From an uncultured delta proteobacterium (GTDB lineage Bacteria; Desulfobacterota; Binatia; Binatales; Binataceae): a DNA stretch of 64,000 nt. A program made the translations under genes and the position numbers. The notes under the pieces are model-generated. The model did not search any database. It saw only the letters and a list, made by a program, of their open reading frames with translations, and was not told where the DNA came from. Shown one piece after another: positions 36,377 to 45,674 of this stretch; positions within the stretch are counted from its first letter, which is position 1, and each line of letters opens with the position of its first letter. The stretch is taken from positions 192,001-256,000 of the forward strand of contig CAWJET010000001.1 in assembly GCA_963842085.1 (NCBI GenBank), in the 5' to 3' direction.

Positions 36377-37444
36377 CTATGGTATCACGGCGCACTTCAG
36401 AACAGCGCCGCGCTCCAGCATCTCAAACACTTGCGCCAATTCGCCAAGCCGCATCCGCGCATTGACGATCGCACCGGCATTCAGCGCGCGCCCGGCCAGC
36501 AATTCGTAAGCGCGCCGCACGTCACGCGGCCGGAAATGAAACGGCGCCATCAACGTCAGATTGTCGTAATGCATCAGCCGCGTATCGACGCTCAGTGCCG
36601 TGCCCGCCGGACATCCGCCAAAGAAAACCACCCGGCCCCCGCGCCGCACCCGCGCCAGCGCGTCCTGCCATCCCCCGACCTGCCCGGTGCACTCGATCAC
36701 CAGGTCGGGACCAAAGCCGCCGTTGAGCCGCGCGATTTCCGCGGCCGCGTCGGCGTTGTGCGCATCGATCACCCGGTCCGCGCCCATCTCCGCCGCCCAC
36801 TTCAGGCGCTGGGCGCCGCGCCCGACGACCGCTACCTCGCGCACGCCTGCCGCTTTCAGCACGAGCATGTGCAGGAGGCCGAACGCGCCGCCGCCGAGGA
36901 TCACCACCGTCTCGTCCTTTTCGGGACGCGCCATTTCATTCGCGTGAACCACGCACGAGAGCGGCTCCAGCAGCGCGGCTTCTTCGAACGGCAGCTCCGC
37001 GGGTTTGATAAACGTGTTGAGCGCGACGACGTGCGCCGGCAGCAGCAGCACGTCCGCGTAGGCGCCGTGCACCATTCGCCCGACCGCATCATCGCAAAGA
37101 TTTTCCTGGCGGTGCTGGCAGTAGAAACAGATCCCGCACGGCGCGGTCGGCGCCGACATGATTTCGTCGCCGGCCTTGAACGCGGTCACGCCCTCGCCCG
37201 CTTCCACCACCACGCCCGAAAACTCGTGCCCGAAAGGCATTGGAAGTTTCCACATCGGATGCCCGCGCCGATAGGTCTTCAGATCGGTGCCGCAACTGAG
37301 CGCGCACTTTATTTGAATCAGCAGTTCGCCGGGACCGGGGCGCGGAGCGACGTAGTCGCGCAGCTCGAAGCACCCCGGCTCGACCAGCACGGCCTGGCGC
37401 GAATGCGTCCGCGTAATCTGCACCGCCGCTTCAGCCGCGCTCAC
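36377..37444 (-). CDS. Zinc-dependent alcohol/polyol dehydrogenase (MDR family)
   Basis: CGTD, GHEFSG, CGICFYC..NLC, EPLSC, GGGAFG. Confidence 0.92.
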   Translation of the reverse strand: MSAAEAAVQITRTHSRQAVLVEPGCFELRDYVAPRPGPGELLIQIKCALSCGTDLKTYRRGHPMWKLPMPFGHEFSGVVVEAGEGVTAFKAGDEIMSAPTAPCGICFYCQHRQENLCDDAVGRMVHGAYADVLLLPAHVVALNTFIKPAELPFEEAALLEPLSCVVHANEMARPEKDETVVILGGGAFGLLHMLVLKAAGVREVAVVGRGAQRLKWAAEMGADRVIDAHNADAAAEIARLNGGFGPDLVIECTGQVGGWQDALARVRRGGRVVFFGGCPAGTALSVDTRLMHYDNLTLMAPFHFRPRDVRRAYELLAGRALNAGAIVNARMRLGELAQVFEMLERGAVLKCAVIP

Positions 37445-38331
37445 AATTTACGCTCCACGACGAAGGTTGCGAGATGCCGCAGCGCGTCGGCGCGATCTCC
37501 GAAGCCTTGCAGCGCGCGATGCGCTCGCGTCTCCAGCTCGCGCGCTAAATCCATCGAACGCTCGACTCCCAGTATCGCCGGATAGGTCGCCTTGCCGCGC
37601 GCGAAGTCCTTTTGCGTGCGCTTGCCCATCTGCTCAGGCGTGCCCTGAACGTCCAGCAGGTCATCGACCACCTGGAACGCCAGTCCGAGCGCGCGCGCGT
37701 ATGCGTCAAGCGACTCGATCTGCGACGCGGTCGCGCCGCCCAGACGCGCTCCGCCGCGCACCGACGCCAGGAACAGCGCCCCGGTTTTCTTGCCGTGCAG
37801 TTCTTCGAGTTCCTCGACCGTCTTCGACTTGCCTTCGCCCAGTAGATCGATCACCTGCCCCGCAACCATCCCGCTCGAGCCCGCCGCGGTGGCGAGCTCC
37901 GCGACGGTTTCCAGCACGAGTCCCGGCGACGCGCTACCCTCCGCCGAGAGCGCGAGCACTTTGAATGCGTCGGTAAGCAGAGCGTCGCCCGCAAGCGTAG
38001 CGAGCGCTTCGCCATAAACTTTATGATTGGTCGGGCGCCCGCGCCGCAGGTCGTCGTCGTCCATGCACGGCAGGTCGTCGTGAATCAGCGAGTAGGTGTG
38101 AATCATCTCGACCGCGCATGCGAGACCCATCGCCGCCTCGACCTTGCCGCCAACCGCCTCGCACGACGCGAGCACGAGCACCGGCCGCAGCCGCTTGCCG
38201 CCCGCCAGCAGCGAGTAGCGCATCGCTTCATGCAATCGCGCCGACGCGCCCGCGCCTTCGGCGACACTGTGCGCGAGCGCCCGTTCAATCGTCTGAGCGC
38301 GCTCCTTCAAGTAGCTGTGCAGGTCGAACAC
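37441..38331 (-). CDS. ispA: Farnesyl diphosphate synthase (polyprenyl synthetase)
   Basis: GGKRLRP, SLIHDDLPCMDDDDLRRG, KTG, FQVVDDLLD. Confidence 0.92.
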   Translation of the reverse strand: MFDLHSYLKERAQTIERALAHSVAEGAGASARLHEAMRYSLLAGGKRLRPVLVLASCEAVGGKVEAAMGLACAVEMIHTYSLIHDDLPCMDDDDLRRGRPTNHKVYGEALATLAGDALLTDAFKVLALSAEGSASPGLVLETVAELATAAGSSGMVAGQVIDLLGEGKSKTVEELEELHGKKTGALFLASVRGGARLGGATASQIESLDAYARALGLAFQVVDDLLDVQGTPEQMGKRTQKDFARGKATYPAILGVERSMDLARELETRAHRALQGFGDRADALRHLATFVVERKL

Positions 38332-38467
38332 GTTTCGTTTCTCTTTTCCGGATGCCGCCAGCGCATCCTCGACGGGACCTTTTCCCGCGCGCGATTTATT
38401 CCCTCCGACGCCAGGACGGTTCGCGCGTCAGCTGCGTGCGAGCGCTCTGCGTCGCGCCCGCAATTCC

Positions 38468-39472
38468 TCACGCCACGTAATGCCGCACCATGCGCCACGA
38501 GTCCTTGAGATTCTTGCCGAACTCGAGCGCCACGGTGCCTTCGAATCCCGAATGCAGCTTGCAGTCGCGACAGCGGAAATCCTGCTTGGTGCGATAGTAT
38601 TCCCAGTCCGTCGCCGCATGCATCTCGTCGAGCGTCTTGTAATGCCCGTTGGTGATCAGGTAGCACGGCCCCTTCCATCCTTGCGGATTGCGCGTCACCG
38701 TAGTCCACGGACTGCACTGCATCTCGCGCTTGCCGACCAGGTAGTCCAGGTAGATCGGCGTGTTGATTATCTTGTAGTCGTTCGCCATGTCGCGAACCTT
38801 GATGAACTTGGCCGGCATCTCCTCTTTCTTCAGATACTCTTCGTCGTTCTGCAGCACCTGGTAGTGATAGCCGGGGCTCAGCAGCATCCCGTCGACGCCG
38901 AGGCTCGTCAGGTACTTGATCATGTTCTCGAGCTCTTCGCCGCTGGTCTCGCGGAAGACCGTCGTGTTGGTCTGCACGCGGTAGCCCTTGTCCTTCAGCA
39001 TCTTGATCATCCTGACGACGATGTCGAAATGCCCCTGCCGGTCGGTCACGCGATCGTTGGTCTCGCGCATCCCGTCCAGGTGCAGGTTGAAGCTGAGATA
39101 GGGGCTCGGCCCCACCTGCTTGACGAAGCGCTCGAGCAGGATCGCGTTGGTGCAGATCATCACGTGACGCTTCTGATCCTCGATCAACCCGCGCGTCAGC
39201 GCCGCGATGTGCTTGTACATCAGCGGCTCGCCGCCGCAGATCGACACAATCGGCGCACCCGCCTCCTCGGCCGAGTGCAGCGCCTCGTCCAGCGGCATCA
39301 TGTCGCGAATCGTGTCCTTGTACTCGACGATTCGCCCGCATCCGATACACGCCAGGTTGCACGCATGCAGCGGCTCGAGCATCAGCACCAGCGGAAAATA
39401 TTTCTCGCCCGCCCGCTTCTTCGCGCGGATGTAGCGGCCCAGGTCGATCATCTGTCTCAGCGGAATGCGCAT
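38468..39472 (-). CDS. hpnH: Adenosylhopane synthase, radical SAM
   Basis: FPLVLMLEPLHACNLACIGCGRI, GGEPL, CSPW..TRNPQGWKGPCYL. Confidence 0.92.
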   Translation of the reverse strand: MRIPLRQMIDLGRYIRAKKRAGEKYFPLVLMLEPLHACNLACIGCGRIVEYKDTIRDMMPLDEALHSAEEAGAPIVSICGGEPLMYKHIAALTRGLIEDQKRHVMICTNAILLERFVKQVGPSPYLSFNLHLDGMRETNDRVTDRQGHFDIVVRMIKMLKDKGYRVQTNTTVFRETSGEELENMIKYLTSLGVDGMLLSPGYHYQVLQNDEEYLKKEEMPAKFIKVRDMANDYKIINTPIYLDYLVGKREMQCSPWTTVTRNPQGWKGPCYLITNGHYKTLDEMHAATDWEYYRTKQDFRCRDCKLHSGFEGTVALEFGKNLKDSWRMVRHYVA

Positions 39473-39512
39473 GCTCGTGCGTTCTCCTGCAAGTCGAAGG
39501 TGAAGAAAAAAG

Positions 39513-40172
39513 TCAGGCGGACGGTGCGCCGCCCTCCGATGTAGATGTCCCCGACGGACCGAACAACCACTCACCCACCATCGCCACCGCCCCTTCGGGG
39601 TCAATCGCGTTCGCACCCATAAACAGGTATTCGATCAGCAATCCGTTCAGCGCCGACAGCAGGAACGCCGCCGCCGATTCCGGCGCCGTCCGCCGCGTGC
39701 AGATTCCCTTTTGCTGCGCGCTGGCGATCAGCTCGACCAGCATCGCGCGATATCCGCTGTAGAGCTTGAGCACCTGGTCGTTGAGGCTTTCGGAGAGCTT
39801 CTGGTCGTGGAGCATCTGCGCCAGGAAGAAACGGACCGAGCTGGCGTTGTCGCGCACAAACGACAGGTACGACTCGACCAGCTTCTGGATCTGCGCGCGC
39901 TCGTCCATCACCGACGCTTCTTCGGCAAAGTCGATAAAGTACGGCTCGAGCAGCCGGTTCAGCACCGCCACGAACAACTCTTCCTTGGTTTTGAAGTGCC
40001 AGAAAATAAGCGCCTTGCTGACTCGCGCCTCGCGCGCCACGTCCGACATCGACGTCTCATGGAACCCGCGATTGGCAAATAGCTGCATCGCAGCCTTAAG
40101 GATTTCGTCGCGCGAATCCTGCGATTGCACCCTCGCCTCCGACGCGCCCACTTTGACCTGCGATACGCCCAT
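39513..40172 (-). CDS. TetR/AcrR family transcriptional regulator
   Basis: ILKAAMQLFANRGFHETSMSDVA..VSKALIFWHFKTKEELF; alternative start 40214. Confidence 0.92.
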   Translation of the reverse strand: MGVSQVKVGASEARVQSQDSRDEILKAAMQLFANRGFHETSMSDVAREARVSKALIFWHFKTKEELFVAVLNRLLEPYFIDFAEEASVMDERAQIQKLVESYLSFVRDNASSVRFFLAQMLHDQKLSESLNDQVLKLYSGYRAMLVELIASAQQKGICTRRTAPESAAAFLLSALNGLLIEYLFMGANAIDPEGAVAMVGEWLFGPSGTSTSEGGAPSA

Positions 40173-40255
40173 ATTTCGGCCCCGACGCCCCGCTCTGCTC
40201 CTGTCGTCGCCCATGGCAACGTGAACCGCAGCCTGTTAGTCGAGCCGCCATCTTC

Positions 40256-40350
40256 CGGTCACAAAAAGCGGCTAACCTTTCGGTCAATGAAAACATTAGC
40301 GTCACATTCTTGGAAGTTCAAGAGCGACCGTCCGAGCGGTCAGTCGGTCA
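40256..40350. promoter_or_regulatory. Candidate TetR operator cluster (four CGGTCA half-sites)
   Basis: CGGTCA at 40256, 40281, 40337, 40345; imperfect palindromes TAACC-TTTC-GGTCA and GACCG-TCCGAG-CGGTC. Confidence 0.5.
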
Positions 40351-40401
40351 GAGCGAGAGAGAATGCCTTCCCGCGAGGCATCGCCAGCTAACTATCTAAT
40401 T

Positions 40402-41433
40402 TTAGTGGATATTTATCTCGATACCGCTGTTGATAGACGATTGCCGCGCCGCCTGGATTAGCATTAGTGCAACACGCGCCTGGGCCAGGTTGCGCTTGGA
40501 TGCGGGCGAATTGGTTCCTTCGGAGACAGCTCCCTCGAACTCCTCTGCCACGCCGCCGAACCACGCCGAATGGTACGAGTCGTCGGCCATGTCCGCTATG
40601 GACAGGTCCTCAGCTTTCCCTGACCGATCAGTACACGTCACCCGATCCCCTTCAATCTCGATAGATGCGTGCTCTCCGTAGATGAGCGCAGAGGTCCGCC
40701 GCACTGGAGCGCGCCACGAAAGATGCGCCCGACAGACTGCTCCGTTCCCGAACCTGATTCGCACGTCGGCCACATCGTCAACGTTCGCGCCCGCCGGCGA
40801 CTCGAGCCGCGCTGAAACCGACACCGGCGGGTCGCCACCCAGCAGCCAATACATGAGGTAGAAGACGTGCCATCCGTGATCGATAAGAATCCCCCCACCC
40901 GACGCCGACGACGCACGCCACTCGCCACCGCTGCCGCCCGCGCCCGCAGGTTCGGTGCGCAGCCGATCGAGCGACATGAAGCGAATCGCGCCCAGCCTCC
41001 CGTCTTCGATCGCCGTGCGCGCCGCCGCATACGCAGGCGCGTACTTCCAGTTGTGCACGCACATCAGCACCCGCCGCTTCTCCGCTGCCAGCGCCGCCAG
41101 TTCATCGAATTCTCCAAGCGAAAGCGCAAGCGGCTTCTCGACCAGCACATGCGTCCCAGCCAGCAGCGCCGCGCGCGCTGCCCCGTGATGCAACCCCGGA
41201 GGACTGGCAACATCCACAAAATCCGGAGCCTCACCGTCGAGCATCAGCTCGAGGTCGTCATACACCCGAACATTCTTGATCAGCCGGATAGCCTCATGCC
41301 GCCGCTCGGAAACCGGATCGTGAATAGCTCCGATCGCAACATTCTCCCGCGTGCGCCATCCAGCCAGATGCGCCCGCGCGGCAACCTCGCCAAATCCCGA
41401 AATAGCGCCTCGCAGTTTTGTCCGACTAGCCAT
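40402..41433 (-). CDS. Gfo/Idh/MocA family oxidoreductase
   Basis: GFGEVA, VASPPGLH, HVLVEKPLA, GGGILIDHGWH. Confidence 0.92.
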   Translation of the reverse strand: MASRTKLRGAISGFGEVAARAHLAGWRTRENVAIGAIHDPVSERRHEAIRLIKNVRVYDDLELMLDGEAPDFVDVASPPGLHHGAARAALLAGTHVLVEKPLALSLGEFDELAALAAEKRRVLMCVHNWKYAPAYAAARTAIEDGRLGAIRFMSLDRLRTEPAGAGGSGGEWRASSASGGGILIDHGWHVFYLMYWLLGGDPPVSVSARLESPAGANVDDVADVRIRFGNGAVCRAHLSWRAPVRRTSALIYGEHASIEIEGDRVTCTDRSGKAEDLSIADMADDSYHSAWFGGVAEEFEGAVSEGTNSPASKRNLAQARVALMLIQAARQSSINSGIEINIH

Positions 41434-41631
41434 CAGCGCCGCTAAGTTTCAGCCAAACGTCCTTCGCCCGCAACCCGGACCGCAGCAGCAAGTCTGCGGT
41501 GCAGCGGAAACATGGCATCGACGCGGCAACAATTCCGCCTGGTTCATGCGTCAATCCTCAGAGATTCCCGGTGGCAGCGCTCTTGCTCTCTCCCCCAATG
41601 AACGCCCAACAACAGGGAGGACAGGCGAATA

Positions 41632-41871
41632 ATGTCCGCATGGATCATAATCGGACTTATCTCAGGATGGCTCGCCGGAAAAATCCTAAACGGCAACGGC
41701 TACGGCATGATGGCTGACATCGGGCTCGGCCTGCTCGGCGGCGTGATCGGAGGAATGATCTTCGCGGTGCTGGGCGTGCGCGCGCACAACTTCATCGGCG
41801 CCGTCCTGATGTCCACGGCAGGCGCAACCGCGTTGGTAGTCGCAACGAGAATAATCCGCGACGAGATCTGA
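41632..41871 (+). CDS. GlsB/YeaQ/YmgE family stress-response membrane protein
   Basis: WIIIGLISGWLAGKI..G.G...DI.LGLLGGVIGG. Confidence 0.9.
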   Translation: MSAWIIIGLISGWLAGKILNGNGYGMMADIGLGLLGGVIGGMIFAVLGVRAHNFIGAVLMSTAGATALVVATRIIRDEI

Positions 41872-41894
41872 GAGCGGCCCCTATCCGCATCAAG

Positions 41895-41993
41895 TGTCAT
41901 TCAGAGCAGGGTCCGCCGAGCGAAGAATCCCGGCAGCAGTGCAGAGGCGGGCGTGCATTCCGGGATTCTTCGCCGCAGCGGCTCTGAATGACA
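41895..41993. repeat. REP-like repeat family C, inverted doublet (99 bp)
   Basis: TGTCATTCAGAGC/GCTCTGAATGACA outer arms and CGAAGAATCCCGG/CCGGGATTCTTCG inner arms; between convergent genes. Confidence 0.85.
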
Positions 41994-42004
41994 AACAGAA
42001 CTGA

Positions 42005-42856
42005 CTAAACGTACAGCGCCGCGATCTTCTTGAGCGTCCCTTCCGCACTCTCGAACGTCAGGTCGCCCAGGCCCGCGACGAACCGGCCCGCTCCTGCTTC
42101 CGCAAACTCTTTCAGCCCGTCCTGTACCTTCGCGCGATCGCCGCGGATACCGCCCATGATCGTGATGTCCAGATCCGCGAAATTCCTGCCGACTGCGGCG
42201 CACTCGCGCTTGAGTTCATCAACCCGCGTCTTCAATTGCGCCGCGTTCAACGCGATCGGACACCATCCGTCTGCCCATTTCGCCACGCGCTTGAGCGCGT
42301 TCTTGTCGAGGCTGCCGATCAACACTGGCGGCCCCGACTTCTGCGCCGGCTTCGGCAACGACTTCACCGGTGGAAATTTGACGTACTTGCCCTCGAACGA
42401 CGATTGGTCCTCGGTCCACAACTTGCGCATCGCGGCGACTATCTCGGCCGTTTCGCTCCATCGACGCGGGAAATCGACGCCGAACAAATCGCTCTCCTCG
42501 CGCAGCCATCCGGCGCCGATCCCGAACAGTACGCGGCCGCCCGAGTATGCGTCCAACGTCGCGAACTGCTTGGCGAGCGCGAGCGGTTCATGCTCAGGCA
42601 CCAGGCAGATTCCAGTGGCGAGTTTCAGCTTCTTGGTGACGGCGGCCGCCATGCTGAGCGTGATCATCTGATCGGCCATCGTGAAGTATGTCGGCGGAAT
42701 CGGACCTCCGGTGGGGAACTGCTGCTTGGGATTCGCGGGCATCGCCGGATGCTCCGGCACCCAGATCGATTCGAAGCCGAGCGATTCCGCGACACGCGCA
42801 AATTCCGCGGGATGAGCATTCCTGCCGGTGAACGGCGTCAGCAATCCAATTTTCAT
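42005..42856 (-). CDS. LLM class (luciferase-like) probable F420-dependent oxidoreductase
   Basis: AESLGFESIWVPEH, LAKQFATLD.YSGGR..FGIGAGWLREE, PKPAQ..GPP. Confidence 0.9.
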   Translation of the reverse strand: MKIGLLTPFTGRNAHPAEFARVAESLGFESIWVPEHPAMPANPKQQFPTGGPIPPTYFTMADQMITLSMAAAVTKKLKLATGICLVPEHEPLALAKQFATLDAYSGGRVLFGIGAGWLREESDLFGVDFPRRWSETAEIVAAMRKLWTEDQSSFEGKYVKFPPVKSLPKPAQKSGPPVLIGSLDKNALKRVAKWADGWCPIALNAAQLKTRVDELKRECAAVGRNFADLDITIMGGIRGDRAKVQDGLKEFAEAGAGRFVAGLGDLTFESAEGTLKKIAALYV

Positions 42857-42865
42857 TTTGCCCTC

Positions 42866-42936
42866 ATTAAGGTGCAGGGGCTGCCCCTGCCCAAGGAAGT
42901 GTGAACCCCCACGGCGGGGTCTCACATTCAATTAAG
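42866..42936. repeat. Repeat family A, shorter divergent copy 3
   Basis: GGTGCAGGGG-CTG-CCCCTGC..AAGGAAG..GTGAACCCCC..GGGGTCTCACATTCAATTAAG; flanked by ATTAAG at 42866 and 42931. Confidence 0.75.
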
Positions 42937-42955
42937 TGATCTACCCTTCCCCCCG

Positions 42956-43429
42956 CTACCACCCGAAAAAATCTTTCGCCGCCACAAACTTCGCGACGCC
43001 TGCTGCTTCGCCCGCGAGCCGGTCGACCTCCTGATCGCCGACCATCGTCGACGATGCCAGATTTACGCCATACAGGTTCGCCAGCTCCGTGATCATTCCA
43101 CCCTTGGGCTTGCGGCATTGGCAATTGTCGTCGTCCGTATGCGGACAGACTTGCCACCCGGTCAGGATATCGCCGAGCTGATGGTCGAGCTGGGCGAGCG
43201 CCGCTTCTACTTTTTCCGCCTTGAGGCGCCCGCGCCCGATCCCTGCCTGGTTGGTCACGACGAACATCAGATGGTTATGCAACGGCCGAAGCTTCTCGGC
43301 CACGCCCGGCAGCAGTTCGATTACGACGTTGCCGTCGGCGTCGAGCGGAAGCTCGCGCGTGTCGTTGAGTTTTACCAGCGTGCCGCCGAGATCGAAGAAC
43401 AGCGCCGCGTTGCCGTTCGGATTGGTCAT
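42956..43429 (-). CDS. HAD-IIIA hydrolase, GmhB/HisB-N-like
   Basis: FDLGGTL, VTNQAGIGRG, CPH..CQCRKP, MVGD. Confidence 0.85.
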   Translation of the reverse strand: MTNPNGNAALFFDLGGTLVKLNDTRELPLDADGNVVIELLPGVAEKLRPLHNHLMFVVTNQAGIGRGRLKAEKVEAALAQLDHQLGDILTGWQVCPHTDDDNCQCRKPKGGMITELANLYGVNLASSTMVGDQEVDRLAGEAAGVAKFVAAKDFFGW

Positions 43430-43446
43430 CAAAAAAAGATTTTCGC

Positions 43447-44811
43447 TTATGCGTGGCGCCAGTCAACGTGGTCGCGAACGTGCGCGAACACTTCGTCCAT
43501 TATCTCGACGCCGGCTTCGGCCTGCGCCTCGGTAATAACCAGCGACGGATTGATTCGAATCTTGGGAAAGTAGCCCATGATCACCAGCCCGCGCTTCAGG
43601 CATTCGGCGAAGATCAGCTCGGTGACTTTCTTGCCGAGCAGTTCCTTGGTCTCGAGATCGCGCACCAGCTCGACGCCTATCAGCAGTCCCTTGCCGCGGA
43701 CGTCGCCAATGAACTCGTATTTTTCCTTGAGCTGCACCAGCCGCGACAGCATCATCGCGCCGACCTTGCGCGAGTTCTCGACCAGATGCTGTCGCTCGAT
43801 CGCACCGATCGTTTCCGCCACGGCGACCGCCGCCAGCGGATTTCCGCCGTAGCTCGACGACGACGCGCTCGGCTTCCCGAACGGCTCCGCCTTGCCCAAC
43901 TCGTCGCTCAGCAGCACGCCCGAAACCGGGAAGCCGGAGCCCATTCCCTTGCCGACCGTGACGATATCGGGGCAGACGCCGCTATGTTCGACGCCCCACC
44001 ATTTTCCGGTCCGCCCGAAGCCGGTGATCATTTCGTCGGCAATCAGAAGCGCGCCGAAATCCTTGGCCACCGACTTGACCGCGGGCATCCAGTCGTCGGG
44101 CGGAATCACGTTGCCCGCCGTACCCTGCATCGGCTCGGCAACGATCGCCGCGAGCGCACCGCTGGAACTCATCTTGATCTGCTGGCGCGCGAAATCGACG
44201 CAGTAAAGCCCGCAGTCGGGATACTTCAACTTGAACGGGCATCGATAACAGTCCGCGTACGGCACTGTGTACTGCCCGGCCTGCAACGGACCGTAGCCTT
44301 GCTTCGATTCGTCGCCGATAAGTCCGAGCACGCCGCCGGTCTTGCCATGGAACCCGCCCCAGAAGCTGACGGCTTCATACTTGCCGGTCGCGGAACGCGC
44401 CAGCCGGAGCGCGGCTTCGACCGCCTCGGCGCCCCCGCTATATAGATGTGCGCGGTTGAGTCCGGCGGGCGCGACTTCGGCCAGCGCCTTGAACGCGGCC
44501 GCGCGCTCCCTGGTCGCGAACGTGCCGACTATAAGCCGCGACGCCTGGTTCGCGAGGGCCTGCGCCAATCCCGGATGCGCATGGCCGAGGCTGGCGACCG
44601 CGACGCCGGCGAAAAAATCGACGTAGGTGTTGCCGTCGGCGTCGGTCAGCGTCGCGCCCTCGCCGTGGTCGAACGCGAGGCCGGCGAGCAGAGAAATTCG
44701 CTGGCGGCCCGGGGCGATATATTTTTGTTCGAGGTCGAAAATCTCCTTCGACCTGGGTCCTGGAACTCGCGTCTTGATGGCCGGAAGCTTTCCGTTGCTG
44801 GAGGTCTTCAA
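43447..44811 (-). CDS. Class III PLP-dependent aminotransferase
   Basis: GGAEAVEAA, FHGKT, EPMQG, IADEMITGFGRTG, VGKGMGSG, SSYGGNP. Confidence 0.93.
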   Translation of the reverse strand: MKTSSNGKLPAIKTRVPGPRSKEIFDLEQKYIAPGRQRISLLAGLAFDHGEGATLTDADGNTYVDFFAGVAVASLGHAHPGLAQALANQASRLIVGTFATRERAAAFKALAEVAPAGLNRAHLYSGGAEAVEAALRLARSATGKYEAVSFWGGFHGKTGGVLGLIGDESKQGYGPLQAGQYTVPYADCYRCPFKLKYPDCGLYCVDFARQQIKMSSSGALAAIVAEPMQGTAGNVIPPDDWMPAVKSVAKDFGALLIADEMITGFGRTGKWWGVEHSGVCPDIVTVGKGMGSGFPVSGVLLSDELGKAEPFGKPSASSSSYGGNPLAAVAVAETIGAIERQHLVENSRKVGAMMLSRLVQLKEKYEFIGDVRGKGLLIGVELVRDLETKELLGKKVTELIFAECLKRGLVIMGYFPKIRINPSLVITEAQAEAGVEIMDEVFAHVRDHVDWRHA

Positions 44812-45674
44812 TTGATAGGGGTCCGATTCCTTGTTTGAATTTCCGGCGCGATTCTAGCGCGGGCGGCGAGCAGACTCATCGCGCGGTGTGCGATCGCACG
44901 CGCGGCAGATTCGCGCACCCGGCTGTAACTGGGCCAGTCGTTAAAATCGATAATCGCAAAACGATCGCCACTCAAGACCGCGTCTCCGCCCCATGCCTCC
45001 AGGCCGAGCGCCCCGGCTGCCGCGAAAGCCGCCTCCGACAACGCGCGCACAGCGGCTTCGGCGACTTGCTCGTCGTCCGGATGCACGCTGAAATGCGAAC
45101 CGCCGCCGACGCCGTAAAACTTGACCACCCGGCCGACGACTTCCTGCTGCACGTAGGCGAAGCGGATTCGGCGCCGCGCGAAATCGGCGAGAATCGATTC
45201 GACGCCCGCGCGATCGTCCGCCCGCTGCACGTCCTCGGGCGCGAGCGCGTGCAAGTCACCGCGCTTGACGAACACGCCCGCCGACAGATCGAGGCCCGTG
45301 AGCTTGCGCGCGTCGAGCGGCTCGTCCGCCGCGATCAGCACGCCCGGGGGCGTCGGCACGCCGGCCTGCTCGAGGCCGGCGGCGAGCAGGTCGCGGTAGC
45401 AGTTGCGAATCGAGAGCGCGGAGTTAAGCGCGACCGCACCCGCCTGCTCGACTTCGGCCAGCCGCTTGAGCGCCCGCGGTCCCTGGCACATCGGCAGCAC
45501 GAGATCGGCGCGCGGCGGTGCGGCAGCGGCGAAGCTGACCGCGTCGATTGCCTGGATCCCGACACCTTCGCCCTTCAGCTCCGCCAGGGTGGCATCTAGG
45601 ATCGCAGCGTCGGCCTCGACCTTGCCCGGTGAAAAGTCAGGCTCCCGATAAATTCCCAAAGCTCGATAGCTCAT
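44808..45674 (-). CDS. ATP-grasp-like protein of unknown function
   Basis: FVKRGD, VQQEVVG..VKFYGV, GLEAWGGDAV, IIDFNDWPSY. Confidence 0.7.
   Translation of the reverse strand: MSYRALGIYREPDFSPGKVEADAAILDATLAELKGEGVGIQAIDAVSFAAAAPPRADLVLPMCQGPRALKRLAEVEQAGAVALNSALSIRNCYRDLLAAGLEQAGVPTPPGVLIAADEPLDARKLTGLDLSAGVFVKRGDLHALAPEDVQRADDRAGVESILADFARRRIRFAYVQQEVVGRVVKFYGVGGGSHFSVHPDDEQVAEAAVRALSEAAFAAAGALGLEAWGGDAVLSGDRFAIIDFNDWPSYSRVRESAARAIAHRAMSLLAARARIAPEIQTRNRTPIN

Noticed and set aside
43447-44811. Calling the aminotransferase hpnO
   Set aside because: Same broad class, but the N-terminus looks GABA/ornithine-aminotransferase-like rather than like HpnO as I recall it; left unnamed pending phylogeny.
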